From Polymyxa betae A26-41 (lineage: Eukaryota > Protista > Endomyxa: Phytomyxea), in NCBI GenBank assembly GCA_003693705.1, contig RBZT01000594.1, positions 1 to 64,000 on the forward strand: DNA of 64,000 nt. Reading direction: 5' to 3'. The notes under the pieces are model-generated. The model saw nothing but the letters and a program-made list of their open reading frames with translations, ran no database searches and was not told where the DNA came from. The stretch's first letter is position 1, and each line of letters opens with the position of its first letter. Shown piece after piece: positions 35,956 through 50,406 of the stretch. The translations under genes were made by a program, and so were the position numbers.

Positions 35956-36495
35956 ATGGCGAAAAAGAGCAGCAGGAGAGCACGTCTGGGCGCAGCTTCG
36001 ACGGCGAACAGGCGGAATCGTCTAAAGCGGAAGCTGAAGAAGAGCGAAGACGCGCGTCCGCTTCTATGTGGCTCCTTGATTGTGCAGAATTGGGACAAGA
36101 ACCTGAGCCTGGCTGAGAACTACAAACGGCTCGGATTATGCCAGGACCCAAACAAAGATTCGCTGCTGAAAATCGCCCGGAATCAGAAGAAGAAACTTTC
36201 TCAGCCCGTAGACGAAGCCATGACTGACGAATCATCATCGGATGAGGAAACGTCGGAAGAAGCCAACCCGATCAAAGCGAAATTGCAAGAGATGGCCGCG
36301 AATCCTCCCAAATTAGTCAGTACGATGCCGAAATCAATGCCAATCCAGGAGCAATCCATGATGGCGGCGCTGGTGAAGAAATACGGCGATAACGTGGAGG
36401 CAATGTCTCGCGATATTAAGCTGAACAGACTCCAGAAGACGAGCGCCCAGCTGCGATCTCGTCTGCAGCTCTATCAACAGCTTCAATCCCTCTAA
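35956..36495 (+). CDS. NOP16: Ribosome biogenesis protein Nop16
   Basis: NWDKNLSLAENYKRLGL..DPN and LVKKYGDNVEAMSRDIKLN.LQKT..QL motifs. Confidence 0.92.
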   Translation: MAKKSSRRARLGAASTANRRNRLKRKLKKSEDARPLLCGSLIVQNWDKNLSLAENYKRLGLCQDPNKDSLLKIARNQKKKLSQPVDEAMTDESSSDEETSEEANPIKAKLQEMAANPPKLVSTMPKSMPIQEQSMMAALVKKYGDNVEAMSRDIKLNRLQKTSAQLRSRLQLYQQLQSL

Positions 36496-36677
36496 TTATG
36501 TAAACGCGCGCTCCGTCGTCGCCGCCATTTGTGCATCTTGTGAACAATGTTTATTGTGTCAATGGCGGCTCATATAGATCAACAGAGACGGACGAAACTG
36601 TCGCGCTGCTTCCGGCATACAGTTCCCCAGCAAACTGAGCAGCGAAACAGTAGTGTTTTGGAGACAATTTGGGGCAA

Positions 36678-37762
36678 TTACAGGAAATATTCGGGTACAG
36701 GTTTTTTGACAGGAATACCCCTAACTTCGGGTGGCGCCGCATCGAAGATCTTGAACTGCGCCTTGCGATGTTCGTCGAGCTCGAGAATGGCGGCGACATT
36801 GCCGCATCGGTAGCAGTAGTTGGGCGCCGACCAAACAGTTACGAGCGTCGAATCGAACATGTATTTGTAGCCCTCCATGACGAGCTGATGCGCACGACAG
36901 ATCAGATCGATACCGTTTGTATAGTTGAATTGTTTGACGACGCTGCCGCCGAATAGGTAGCCGGCACCACGAGGTGATAGGCCCCAGCCTTCAATATCTT
37001 CTGGATCCGACCACATTAGATCACACATTGCTCCATCATGGGGAACCTAACAAGCACCAGCTTAATTCACGGCTAACAACCGACATATGAAATTTGCAAT
37101 CTCGAAAAGTCAAAGGAATCTTGAGTACAAGAAATTTGAAAGATTTAAAGCAATGTGTCGTACTTCCTGCTTGCGGTCCAGAAGGCGAATCTGATCGAGT
37201 GTGTTAACAGATGGAGATAGACCACCATGAACACAGAAGATGCGATCTTCAACGAGAGCAGACAGCGATAGATAGTCGAAGATCTCGGTACAGTATCGCC
37301 AGACGTTAACGCTACCATACTTCCTCAAGCATTCGTCATAGAAACCGTAGACCTGGGTGATTTGACGAGATTCATGATTGCCACGAATCAGCGTGATTCT
37401 ATCAGGATGACGAGCTTTTAACGCCAATAGCAATTGAAACGTCTCGACCGAATAAAACCCTCGGTCGACGAAATCGCCCATGAAGAGGTAATTCGTATCG
37501 GGTACGTCAGAGCCGACCTGCCAAGAGTTGTAAGAAACAGAGAAATGTTTTCACTTTGTGCATAAATTACTTTGAAAAGCTCTTTAAGATCATAAAATTG
37601 TCCATGAATATCACCACAGATGGTGACCGGGCAGTCGATACGCTGCACGTTCGACTCCTCCATCAGAATCTCCATGACACGTTCGCAGAGCTCCTTGACC
37701 TCCGACTCCTTTAAATATTCGCATCGTCGTAGACGCTCAATCTGGGCGTCCAGGGACGACAT
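36678..37762 (-). CDS. PPP4C: Serine/threonine protein phosphatase 4 catalytic subunit (2 introns)
   Basis: [54 protein letters not shown]; C-terminus [14 protein letters not shown] is PP4-type. Confidence 0.95.
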
Positions 37763-38201
37763 GGTCGGTTAGGCGGCGACGGTGTTGGTCGGTTGTCGCT
37801 TGGTCTCCGCTTCCGACAGTCGAATAAAAACAACAAATCAAAAAGTGATTTTATGTGCGACTGGGGTGGCGCAGCCTCATTGAGTGAGAGCGCGACCTGC
37901 AGAACGCGGCCTCTTCCTCTTCTTGATAGACGCATCCAGGGTGTCTCCATCGACTCATTGTGAATTCTAAAAGGCGATTCGCAATTGTCGTGTATCTGGG
38001 TTGTCTTGAATCCCGGTAGAATGTCGGTGATTTACGACGCCAACATCACACGTAGATTGATTGAAGGACCGCGAGACACTGCCGGCTGAGTAATGTCGTC
38101 TGTGTAAAGGCGTCCTCCTATATTCCGAATACAGCACATATACACATTGTTGTTTATCTTTATTTACAGAGCTGCACCAGTACAATGTTTGCTTCTCAAT
38201 A

Positions 38202-40586
38202 TTATGGGCGTCCTGCATCTAACTGAATTCCTTTAAACTGAGAGAAATCGAAAAACGTCTGCATTCTGGACTCCACGATCAGTTTTTTCCGATTTCTCAT
38301 CAGTATCGATTTAACTTCGGCATCAACCATCCAGCCGATCCTTAACGGCCTTCCCTACATTACAGAATAAACTTTTGTTGCTTTAACACTGTCGGCCGCA
38401 GCTTACTCTCAGACACCTTCCAACCAGGGACCGATAAGCAGCCAATGCATCAGTATGGTGATTAAACAGCATCACGAGCGAGCCTGAAAATCCCATCAGT
38501 CTAAAGGCTGCAAATCGTCATCGGCTTTACCTCGGCCGATATTGATGTAATCGGTTTGTATGCATGATTGAATTTCGGGAAATGATTCAATCGAGCACAG
38601 CAGCTTATGAAACTCGGTTTCAACACTATAACCACAGACTTCTATCGGAATGTTGCCGACAAACAACGCAGACGGCGCCCACGACGTTCGACATTGTCGA
38701 AATACGGTTTTGCATTGCGCATCGTGGACGATCTTATCCTACCAGCCTGCTATTCAGTTTCGCCTGCTTTCAAACTAATTGAGCATTACCTCCATAGCGA
38801 CCCCGAAGATACGAATTGCATGATCGAGAGCTCTCTCTACAGATCGTTCGTCTTCAAAGTACACAGCAGCATAAAGGCGCGAATCGGGAATCGGCTTCGG
38901 TTTCAGACGGGATTTCTTCGTGGCCAAGTTCCGTTTAGGACGCTGCTCATCGACGACAACAACGGCGTCTTCATGGATCGTTGCAGCTTCGATCACTTCA
39001 TCAACCTCGGTCTCATCGGTGTTATCGTCGAGATTCAGGGGTTTAGGCAACGCAGGTAGGACAGGCGGCTGCAGATTCAGCGGACGTCTGGCAATCCTCT
39101 CTTTAAAGAGTTCCACGGCCACCACTTTACCAATTGAATGAAACGATTTTCTAATGTCATCCTTAGACCGTATCAGAAGATCCGACCACCAATCATTCAA
39201 CTGGCTTACAAGAGTAACATCCAAAGGAAGATTATCCACAAAGATTTTGTGTCGGAATTCTTCTTTATGATAGAACACATTCCTGTAGCAGAAGGTTAGA
39301 AATAAGAAACAGGAATGTTCACTTCAATGTTTACGAAGCCAAGATAGGGTTATTAGTCCATTCGCCACTGAGCATTTCTAATCGATAGACCTCGATTTTG
39401 TTAAACACCATCCTGGCTTTCTCGAGATCCTGAACAATCATTTGAGTCGTCTTAACAATGTAGGAAACAGGTCAGAAACCTCCACTTCGATGACAGGGGC
39501 GAACAGTTTGAAATCATCCAGGAATTGAGGATCGTTTTCCACTATTAACAAGTAAATAAAACGTGAAAGATGGAATGTGATCGGATACCAAGAGCATGAC
39601 GAAGCTTGTGAAGATACTGACGAAAGTCAGTTAATGTGAAGAGGTCGTGCTCGCCTCCAGCTCGACCCTCCCTTTTGCTTTGCAATTGATAGATTGCTTT
39701 TGCAACAGTTATGTATCTAAATTAGGCTCTCAGGTGAAATCAACCATCCAATGGCAAATGGGAATCACGTTTGTTCGGAAAGTGACGAAGCAACACGATT
39801 CAGGAAATCATGGTACGTTTGCTTGACCTTGGGATCAGATAAATCTGGGATTTCTTTTGGCTCAATAACACTATTCGAAAGCAAATAAAAATGGCAGTCT
39901 GAGATGAAGATCATGACACCTACGGGGCGGGTGCTGGAATTAACTCGATATGGAGAGCTCGGATTTGGAGCAAATACTTATAAAATCCATAAAAACAGGA
40001 CGGGACTCGAGTCTCTCCTGAAATTCCACTTAGACAATGCAACTGATTACAGAATCAGCTTCGTACCCAAGAAACTTCTTATTCGAGTGAGATAATTACA
40101 AGCGAGGTCGTAATGGACAGGACTAATGCCAGCATCGATATGTTCTTGGCGTTTTCTCTCCAACCAGGCGGTCTTTTTCATAATTTGCCTGATAATCGAG
40201 GGCGGCATTTCAGTAGACGAGAGCCGTTCTGCAAACTTAGAGAGCGTCGCGAATCTCTCGTCATCGCTGATTTTCGCATCAGGGAAGAAATCGCGACGTA
40301 ATCGTTGAAGATCGACTTCAAGACGAGCCTGCTCTAGCGATTGTATTGGAACATCGGGCATCATATCATTCATAGTCGAAGACAGATGATGGGCTCCAGC
40401 CTCGCTGAGCACCCTCTCAATCCTTCTCTGTAATATTCCTTGATCAACTTGTCCACGACTTCTCAACGCTACAAAAAGGCGCTTGTAAAGCGGGTTCGGC
40501 AGACAGGTCACGAGGCGGGTCAGAAAGGCGTGCTGCTTTGTGGCTGGGAGCAGCAGCGTTGCAGGAGCTCGAAAACCCGCCGGCAT
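38202..40586 (-). CDS. RRM-containing protein, possibly mitochondrial (multi-exon)
   Basis: KIFVDNLPLDVT/DDIRKSFHSIGKVVAVEL..YAAVYFEDERSVERAL; second RRM-like end GRPLRIGW; N-terminus resembles a targeting peptide. A single-gene model is assumed. Confidence 0.6.
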
Positions 40587-40880
40587 CGCTGTCGTCGAGA
40601 CTAAGACGCTCACAGCTCACTGTTCATGGCAATCCGTACGGCAGCAGCTGCATTATTCGAACCATTTTTGCAGGAGCCCTCACGGGCGCAGTAAACAATT
40701 GCGCTACTGTTTTCAACAAAACTGCGTTGAAATTAGTTAGCCAAGTGTCGCGCATTCAAAATCTTTATCAGACGTTTTTGCTAAACTGCGCTGTACTTTT
40801 CAAGATGCGTAACGAAAACTTTCGAATTTTCAGCCCGGACCCCGCGACCATCTCGCGATTGCCAATCCCAGCGCCCGACC

Positions 40881-42389
40881 ATGGACGAACGCGTCCCAAT
40901 CCCGACCTCACGAGCGACCAGCGAGACCGCCTTCATCAAACGTGTCGTGACTGTGGCCCTTGGTGATGTTTGTGGAAATGTCGCCAATCGTCTTGCTCAG
41001 CACGGCCCGCAAACCGTTGCCCAGATCGCTCGTGCTTTGTCCATAACCCAGAAAGACACGACATTGGCGCTGAAATCGCTGGTCCAGCACGGGTTCGTCG
41101 TCGGTGGTGGTGATCGTGGTGCTATGGACCTTGATCGGGTTACGATTTCGTCGAGCATCTTGGCTCCGGCTTATGTCGTCTACGTCGGCGATGTATTCGG
41201 TGTCGAGGCCGAGGTCATCGTCGAATTTCTCAGCGAGCACGGTCGCTTAACCGGAGCCACATTAAGCGCTCTATTCTCAACGTCGCAGCAAAATGCTACT
41301 CCTGCTCAACTGGACCGTTTTATGGAGAGCTGTAATGAGCTGTTAGAGAAGAGCTTCCTGCGTCGTGTGCCTCCTGTTGAGGTTGAAGGCGGCGTAAAAA
41401 TGGACGAAGACACATCTTTATCTGCCACGAACAATGATGTTGTCGTCGCTCTGGATCACGAAACCTTCCGTCGTGCTTTAAGAAATCAGCTTATCGTCAA
41501 CTATGTTAATAACCGGCTAGATCAGACAGCCGGTATTGTCTGCAAATCGATGCTATCAGCCGCAAAGAAGGATAACCTTGATCCGCCTGAATTCACAGAG
41601 ATGGCGCTCTTTGACTATCTGCCAAGCGATGCGAAGATCACTCGCTCTCAGCTCAGACAGACCTTGTTGGAGATGCTCAATGACAATATCCCTATTGTCG
41701 AAATCAAGGTTTTGGCTTTGTTGAGCGATTCTGTTTTACTAAAAGCATCCATAGGAATCGGTGTCTTGTGGTGAGGTCTACGCTGTTCGAGTCGCTGCTC
41801 TAATTGACGAATTGCGAAGACGTCATGCCCAAGCGATCGTTCGTGCGAAGGTGCCATCCTCTTAGTGCTTGGGTCGTGATCTGAGCGTCTCTTGCTTAGT
41901 TTGGTGACGAAGCTGCCAGAATTTTTATGCTGCTTTTAGACAAGCATCAGCTTGAAGAGAAGGCCATTTCAGAATTTAGTCTCATCTCTAAAAAACAAGC
42001 AAGGTTTTTACAATCCCAACAATGTTGCATCCCCTTCCTTATTCATTTTCAGAACCAACCTGTATGCTATGATGCAGTCTGAATTCATCGCGCTACAGGA
42101 ACTGCCTAAAAGTGCAGATCGTAATCCCCAGAGGACTCTTTTCCTGTGGTCTGTACCAATCAATCGGCTGTTTGCTAATGTACGCTCCTCTCTTCGTCAA
42201 GCTTGGATCAATTTACAGCTTCGATTGGAGCATGAGACAAAGGCAGCTGCGGCTGTCGTTGCCCGTGTTCGTGATGGAACTGCTAACCAGGCCGACCAGA
42301 CTGAATACCAAAAGTTTACTAAGATACAAGACCGACTCGTGGATGCATCCTGCAGGATATTATACGACATCATATTGTTCGACTCATAA
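40881..42389 (+). CDS. POLR3C: RNA polymerase III subunit RPC3/RPC82
   Basis: N-terminal winged helices; FGDEAARIFMLLLDKHQLEEKAISE; LYAMMQSEFIALQELPKSADRNPQRTLFLWSV. Confidence 0.9.
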
Positions 42390-42533
42390 TGCTGATGTTC
42401 CTGAACCATAATTTTCGCCATATATCTATTCAGTTATATTGTACATTTACTGGATAATAGCTAACGCAATGAATAAACATACTACAAGTATTTGTTTAGC
42501 GGAGGACTATCTTCTTTAAAATTGATGAACAAT

Positions 42534-43674
42534 CTAATGTTTCGTAGGACTTTGGAGAGTTTTGGAAGCTTGCTTGGATCGCCGACAGCACCTACTAAAG
42601 TTGAGAAACTACAAAGCAGATGCTAGAAGTGAAACGTACAATGGAAGAAGCAACCGAAGAATGACAGAGCCAAGAACAACCACGATCGCTGCGACAGTTT
42701 CAACGGTGATATACTTCTCGAGCTGATATTCGGAGAGCTTTGGATGCTCTGAAAACAAAACGTTAGTGAATTTGCAAAGAAATCCATGCCTTGTGATTAC
42801 GCTGAATAAGCCCATGAAGCCTAGAAATATGTTGATCCAGAGTCGGGCGCCACTTTTGATGGGTCTCATGAGCCCAGGCCATGATTTTTTCGCTTGTCTT
42901 GATGGCAACAGGAACAGCATACTGGAAATACTGATCATAGAGATAATTCCATTGATTGATCATCCAAGCACTCTTGGTTTTAGCGAAATCGGAAAATTTC
43001 ATAGCATTGTAGCTAGCAGCATCAACAAACGTGGCAGTGTTGCCCATCATCGAATACCATTTGCCACTAAGGTGATCATGCCATACTTTCCACTGAGCGG
43101 AATATGATTGCTCCTTTAGTGAGTCTATGAGATGTGGTGTCAGGTGAAACTTTGCGAATGAGCAAATCTTGATACCAAGCTTCTCTTTCAATGATACATT
43201 TTCGGCTTGTAAAAGGCGGATCTTCTCGTTCGTCTTGTCAAGTTTGTCTTTCGTCGCCGTTAGCTCAGTCTGGATCTTGTTAAGCTGTTTACGGATGCTA
43301 TCGGATTCGGAGCCTAAAGAAAATGATGGACGGCGACGTTTTATAATCGGGTTGTGTTACCTTTTGAGAATGACTCGACCGACTTTTTCAACTTGCTAAC
43401 TTCTTGGAGGATCTTCGACTCGACCGATTCTACAACCTCGCTCTGCTTGCTATGAATCTACATCCGAATAAAAAACAACATCGAAGCAAGAATGCGAGTT
43501 TAATCCAACCCGTTGTTCAAGCGCCAACAGATCATTAGCAACCTGGGATTTGAGCGCATCGAAGTGTTGGACTCCGGCTGATTCCGCATCGGCACCAGAC
43601 AAGGTAGCGACGACAACAACTGCCAGGGCCAGTAAAGGAACTGCCCGAATCTCCATGATTGGTCGGGATGCCAT
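42534..43674 (-). CDS. Hypothetical protein: signal peptide, coiled coil, C-terminal TM (multi-exon)
   Basis: LLALAVVVVATLSGADA signal; coiled-coil exons; TM VAAIVVVLGSVILRLLLPL followed by a basic tail. Confidence 0.6.
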
Positions 43675-44074
43675 GCGATTGCTGACACCGACGAACAAGA
43701 TTATGTCTTAGAATGGCGGAGAGCGCAACCTTGATGCAGGGTTCCGCTCTGACTGCTCTGTGAGAGCACTTCTTTTATGCAGACGTTATAATCGCCTTTG
43801 TCGACGAATAATCACTCCCGCCGTTGCATTTCCGTTTGTTCCTACAGTTGTTCAAGCAGATCTGTTGGGTGTGGGTTTCAGAGACTACAGGCGTGGAAAT
43901 CATTGTATACATTCCGCAGCGCAAACACATAGTATGAAACTGATCTATCAATATTCTACTCGGGGAGTGATGAATTCTTTACAATAGTAAAACTTCTGTC
44001 AATTTAGATAAGGGAATAGGTTAATGGCACAAATTAATACATAGATATAGAAGCAGATAGGTGTCAAACTGTCT

Positions 44075-44599
44075 TCATCGAGAGGTTGCGCATGATCTGA
44101 AAGGCATCAGACCGGACGGGACCATCCCTGATTGGTGGCAGTATGGAGAGTATGGCATTTGTGGACAGTAGTAGTACGACTCGTACGTGTGAGGTACAAT
44201 CGGTATCGTCCACACGACTTGTGGGCGTGGTTCTTGTTGTTGAACAAGTCTCACTGGCTTTGGGACGACGATCTCTGCGGGTTGTGGGATGGTAATGGAA
44301 AGCTCTGGTTTGGGCCTCTCAGTCATATGGACGACGTTATGCCTCTTGACGTTGCATTTCTGGTTGAACGTCTTGCCACATATGGTACAGGAGTATCGTC
44401 GATCGACGGTATGAACAGTCCTTTGGTGGCGCTTCAGGTTGGACTCAACAGAGAACTTGCGATCACACTGATCACACTGAAATGGCTTCTCCTGGGTATG
44501 CGATCGAAGATGGATCGCGAGCTTGGAGCTGGCTTCGAACTCCTTGCTGCAGTAGGTACAGCTCAGGGACTTCGAAGAGGTGCTTTTAGAAGATGTCAT
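44075..44599 (-). CDS. C2H2 zinc-finger transcription factor (3 fingers)
   Basis: CTYC..HLRSH TQEKPF CDQC..HQRTVH..CTIC..HNVVH. Confidence 0.92.
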   Translation of the reverse strand: MTSSKSTSSKSLSCTYCSKEFEASSKLAIHLRSHTQEKPFQCDQCDRKFSVESNLKRHQRTVHTVDRRYSCTICGKTFNQKCNVKRHNVVHMTERPKPELSITIPQPAEIVVPKPVRLVQQQEPRPQVVWTIPIVPHTYESYYYCPQMPYSPYCHQSGMVPSGLMPFRSCATSR

Positions 44600-44972
44600 T
44601 GTAAATGCGGACCTTGACTGCGGAAGAGGCCGCTCCTTCCATCTCCGCTATTTCTGTCGAAATGACCCAGTGGCATGAATTCTATTAATAGTGGACAATG
44701 ACCAATACGTTGAGGAGAGCTCTAATAATCAAAAACTGCGTAACTCGTCTTCCGAAAGTCCGAAGTGTCATCATCGCTCTTCGTGGCCGGAACTCCCAAG
44801 TGCAATCATCACCGACCCCAAGCTTAGACTGCAGTTAAGTTAGGAGCAGTATGACGCCGAACACCTTGCCGAATAAAGTCAAAATCTATGTCTATGTCTA
44901 TCTTGATTGAGAACTGTGAATGCATTAGAATTATTAAGCAATGTAATGATTAACCATGTGTATAAGCTATCA

Positions 44973-46882
44973 TTACGACCGAGGTGTCATTCGTTCGATG
45001 CAGTCTTGTAAATTTATGATCCACTCTTTTAAGCTCTCAGGATCTTCGGCCTTGAAGCGATATAAGTCTGGTACTGCGGATACTCTCAGGAAGGAGCTGC
45101 AAGGAATAGCCAATTCAAAGCAGTTGGGCTGCTCCTGGTCCTCAATAGCTCGCACGATAGCGTTTTTCAAAAACAATCGTATCGCTGGCAATGGATCCTA
45201 AAAAAAAAGTAAAATAATGTATATCGCAATGACTATGCTAATCTGATTACCTCTCTTTTGTCGAAAAACAGCAGGAACCCTGACAGTGTTATGACTGCTT
45301 GCCCAAGCTTATAGTTGGACCTAAACTGAGGACGATTTTTTAATTATAGAACTCGTATTTTTGACCATGTTACCAATTTTCCTGGACGTTGCAGGATGCC
45401 TTTATGCTGAACATGGGATCGCAACCGTTCCACAATCAGCGAATCCACTGCATTTACTATTAGAGCGAAAATGTGCAGGAAAAGTAAATAAAAGATCACC
45501 TTCTGTATTCGGCAAACGATCGTAGATCGTTTTGCCCGACTCGTCAGGGGACAATTCTTTTGCTGTTTGTAGAAAGGTTTGCACATCCATCTCCCGATCT
45601 ATAGACTTCACAGCGATTAGGGATTCGTCCAGAAGGCGAACCGTATTGATAAGAATATTCTTCTCCCTAATTGAATTCAGTTCAGTATTATTGCCGGGTA
45701 TATAGGAACCGAAGCAAAATTACGCGAGCAAATGGTCCAGCAAAATCTCTTTCAAACCACTTATTCTTCGTCCATCATGAAGACGAACTTCATCGAAAAT
45801 TTTCTTCATAGCACGGCTGAACTCAAGTCAGATAGTTACCGGGAGCCAGCGAAAATCAACCTGAAATTAGCCTGGCCTCCTCTATACATTGCTAAGTCGT
45901 GCAAGAATCTGTCAATTTGTCAAAAACAAAATCGAAAATTATGTGATAATACAACCTTCGAGCTAATAGATATGGGTCTTTTTCTTTTGGCACAATTTTA
46001 TCTTCGGATTCGTATAGCAAACTCTCCCTCATGGCTTGCTCATAGTTATTCCAAGCGTTCAACATTGCTTGGCGCTCGTTAATAATCTATGAGAAGCTTA
46101 GGTGAACCTTTTTCAGATTCGGATAATAATACAGCTTCTTTATGCTTATCCGCTGCTGATCGAAGCTCATCACTTCGATGTTGCAGTACTCTAGCTAGAT
46201 CTTTAGCTTTTTTGACAGTCTCATCGAAAACTATCGCAGAATTGAACAGTTGCAGCACCATGCATAAAAAACAAACCTTTCGACTGAGACTCAGCAAATT
46301 GAGTTTGCCCACTTTTGGTCAACTGTTCAAGGCAAATCGTTGCTTGTCTAAGACTTCCGATCTCTCCCTCACTAAGAGACCAGATTTATTTGCAAGCATC
46401 AACCAGATGGAGCACCGATTTACCCGAAGGAGACATCATGAACATCCTGTGAAAACAGCCCACCCAGTCTTTTACAACGAATCGTGAGATAGTTTGCCAG
46501 TTGGCTTGATGTTTTCTTGGAGTTTAGTAAACGTGCATTAATAGCATTAAACGCCTGAATTTGACTGATGAAAAGCGTCTCAGAATTGGCATTTCTAGAA
46601 AAACCACTGATACCTTAACCAAAGCTTTTCATCAGCAAGCTTTGTAGACTCAAACGTTAGCGTTTGGGCAGTCAACAATTCTTTCTTAGCCAGCAGCTCA
46701 CTCTGTGGCTGAGGCCTTGCACGCCCATGACTCCCTGAACTTGCTGGGTTTGAGTCTCCGATCCCAGACGTTGAGCTGGCATCAAGATTTAATTCTTCGA
46801 TTCCCACAGTAACAGGTTCTTTGGCTTTTGATTCTTCCTCCAATTCGTCGACGACTTTGTCATGAGCCAGTGCATCACTCAT
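44973..46882 (-). CDS. PH-domain protein (multi-exon)
   Basis: C-terminal PH: QHKGILQRPGKLVTWSK..PAIRLFLKNAIV..PNCFELAIP..YRFKAEDPESLKEWIINL. Confidence 0.7.
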
Positions 46883-47216
46883 TATTAGTGATGACGAAGA
46901 GTAGAGAAGTGAAAGATGACAGCCACAGTGTGGTAATGTCAGATAGAGGCCAAGCCCATCTTCTGCTTAGTTCGTGTTTTGTAGAGTTCAATTCCAACGA
47001 GACGTTCGCGGTTCAAATCGTAAAAACCACTTTGTGACAACAGATTTCGACAAATCTAGTCGGAGATTGCCATGCGCTGGTATTTCTAAAGTTAGAACGG
47101 CGTTCCGTTCCTGGCATCGTTTCTCTGAATGTTAGAACATTCGGTGACTGGCGACCGATATTTGCGCTTAAAATCGATGAACAGCTTTATCCAAGGTTCT
47201 CATTTTTATAACAACA

Positions 47217-47426
47217 ATGCCAAAGACTTCAGCGACGAAGCGTGCTCCATTGGGTGAACTAGCCCCAGGCCAGATAAACCGCGGCTCAAGGTCCCAAGCT
47301 AAGATTAGGAAGAAGAAGTCTACCAGGAAAGCATCATCAGTCCCGGTCACGATTCGTAAGCCAAGCGGTCGTGTTGTAGGTTTGGGTGCAACAAAACATG
47401 CCAAGCATATGCCTGTGAAGAAGTAA
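47217..47426 (+). CDS. Small highly basic protein (69 aa), hypothetical
   Basis: A-rich start context (aacaacaATG), single exon, K/R-rich, aataaa at ~47483. Confidence 0.5.
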   Translation: MPKTSATKRAPLGELAPGQINRGSRSQAKIRKKKSTRKASSVPVTIRKPSGRVVGLGATKHAKHMPVKK

Positions 47427-47566
47427 TATCTCCCTGTTCAGAAGCTAAAGATCCAAATAATATCTGATCCAGAGCTCAAGGTAATAAAGTTAGTTCTAAC
47501 GGTGATTGTGTTTCTATGCCAATCAGGAGCAGTTAGGTACAATAATAATCCTCCAGAGTAGTTTAG

Positions 47567-49395
<1,829 letters not shown>

Positions 49396-49831
49396 CGACG
49401 AAGAATTTTGCAAGAGAAACAAGATCTCACAACGAGATACGGGAGGCGCACGCCCAAATTTCAAAAGTGAAAGGCGAATATCTCAGAGTTGCGCCAATTG
49501 TTGAGGGCGATTTCACATTTCCAGCCCAGCGAAGCCAGTGAACTGATGTCGTACGCCGGCCCCCCGATCAATCGTCATTATCCCGGTGTTTGTTACACTC
49601 CGAGAAGGCCAGACGCGCAATTAAGGTCCGACGCCGGTTCTGGCCCCGGGGGAGACGGGCGCCGTTTACGGCACCCTTCATCAGTTCGGTGATTATAGCG
49701 ACGACAGTGAGAAGTACATGATGACTGAGAGGCGAGTCCACGCACCCAGCTCCTCCCATATCATCATCTGCTATCTTTGGCGGATCACGTAAGCGCGGCC
49801 TTTTCCGTCATCACGTGGGTTGCTTCCCTCT

Positions 49832-50311
49832 ATGGATCAGGTCGAGCCCGAGTCTGACAATGACGAGGGTCCCAAACCGAATACGACCGGTGCCCGCCAG
49901 AAGGGCGTCGCTCTGAAACAGTACCGATGCGCTGTCTGTGATCGAGAATTTGCACGCCGTGACAAACTCGAACGGCATAGTCGAGTGCACAGCGGTGAGA
50001 AGCCGTTTCTGTGTTTTGAATGCGGAAGGGCGTTTGCTCGTCGCGATAAGTTGATTCGACATCGTAAGGAGGTGCATACTGGTGAAAGGCCTGTACGTTG
50101 ATGGTCGATGTCGAAAACCTGCCTTTATTTACTTATTGTTTAGTTCCGCTGCGAACTGTGTGCCAGAACGTTCGCCCGGCGAGACACGCTGAAAACACAC
50201 AGGCGTATTCACACTGATCGGGATATAACAAGGCCTGGTGTCGCTGATCTACAGCATTCATCATGGGTATCATTGCTCGATACGCAGGCGAACGGCGTGA
50301 GAAGGGACTAG
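49832..50311 (+). CDS. C2H2 zinc-finger transcription factor (3 fingers, 1 intron)
   Basis: CAVC..HSRVH SGEKPF CFEC..HRKEVH TGERP/F RCELC..HRRIH. Confidence 0.92.
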
Positions 50312-50406
50312 TAAGATTTATTGTATGAATATATTTATGTGAGGATCATGCAAATTCGAAGCCTGCTCTGCAGATTGTAGCGAAAGCACGAATTGACTTT
50401 AACGCT

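Noticed and set aside
37970-38150. Possible multi-hairpin RNA between the PP4 and RRM genes
   Set aside because: Stems are short and imperfect with no clear box motifs; not distinguishable from chance by eye.
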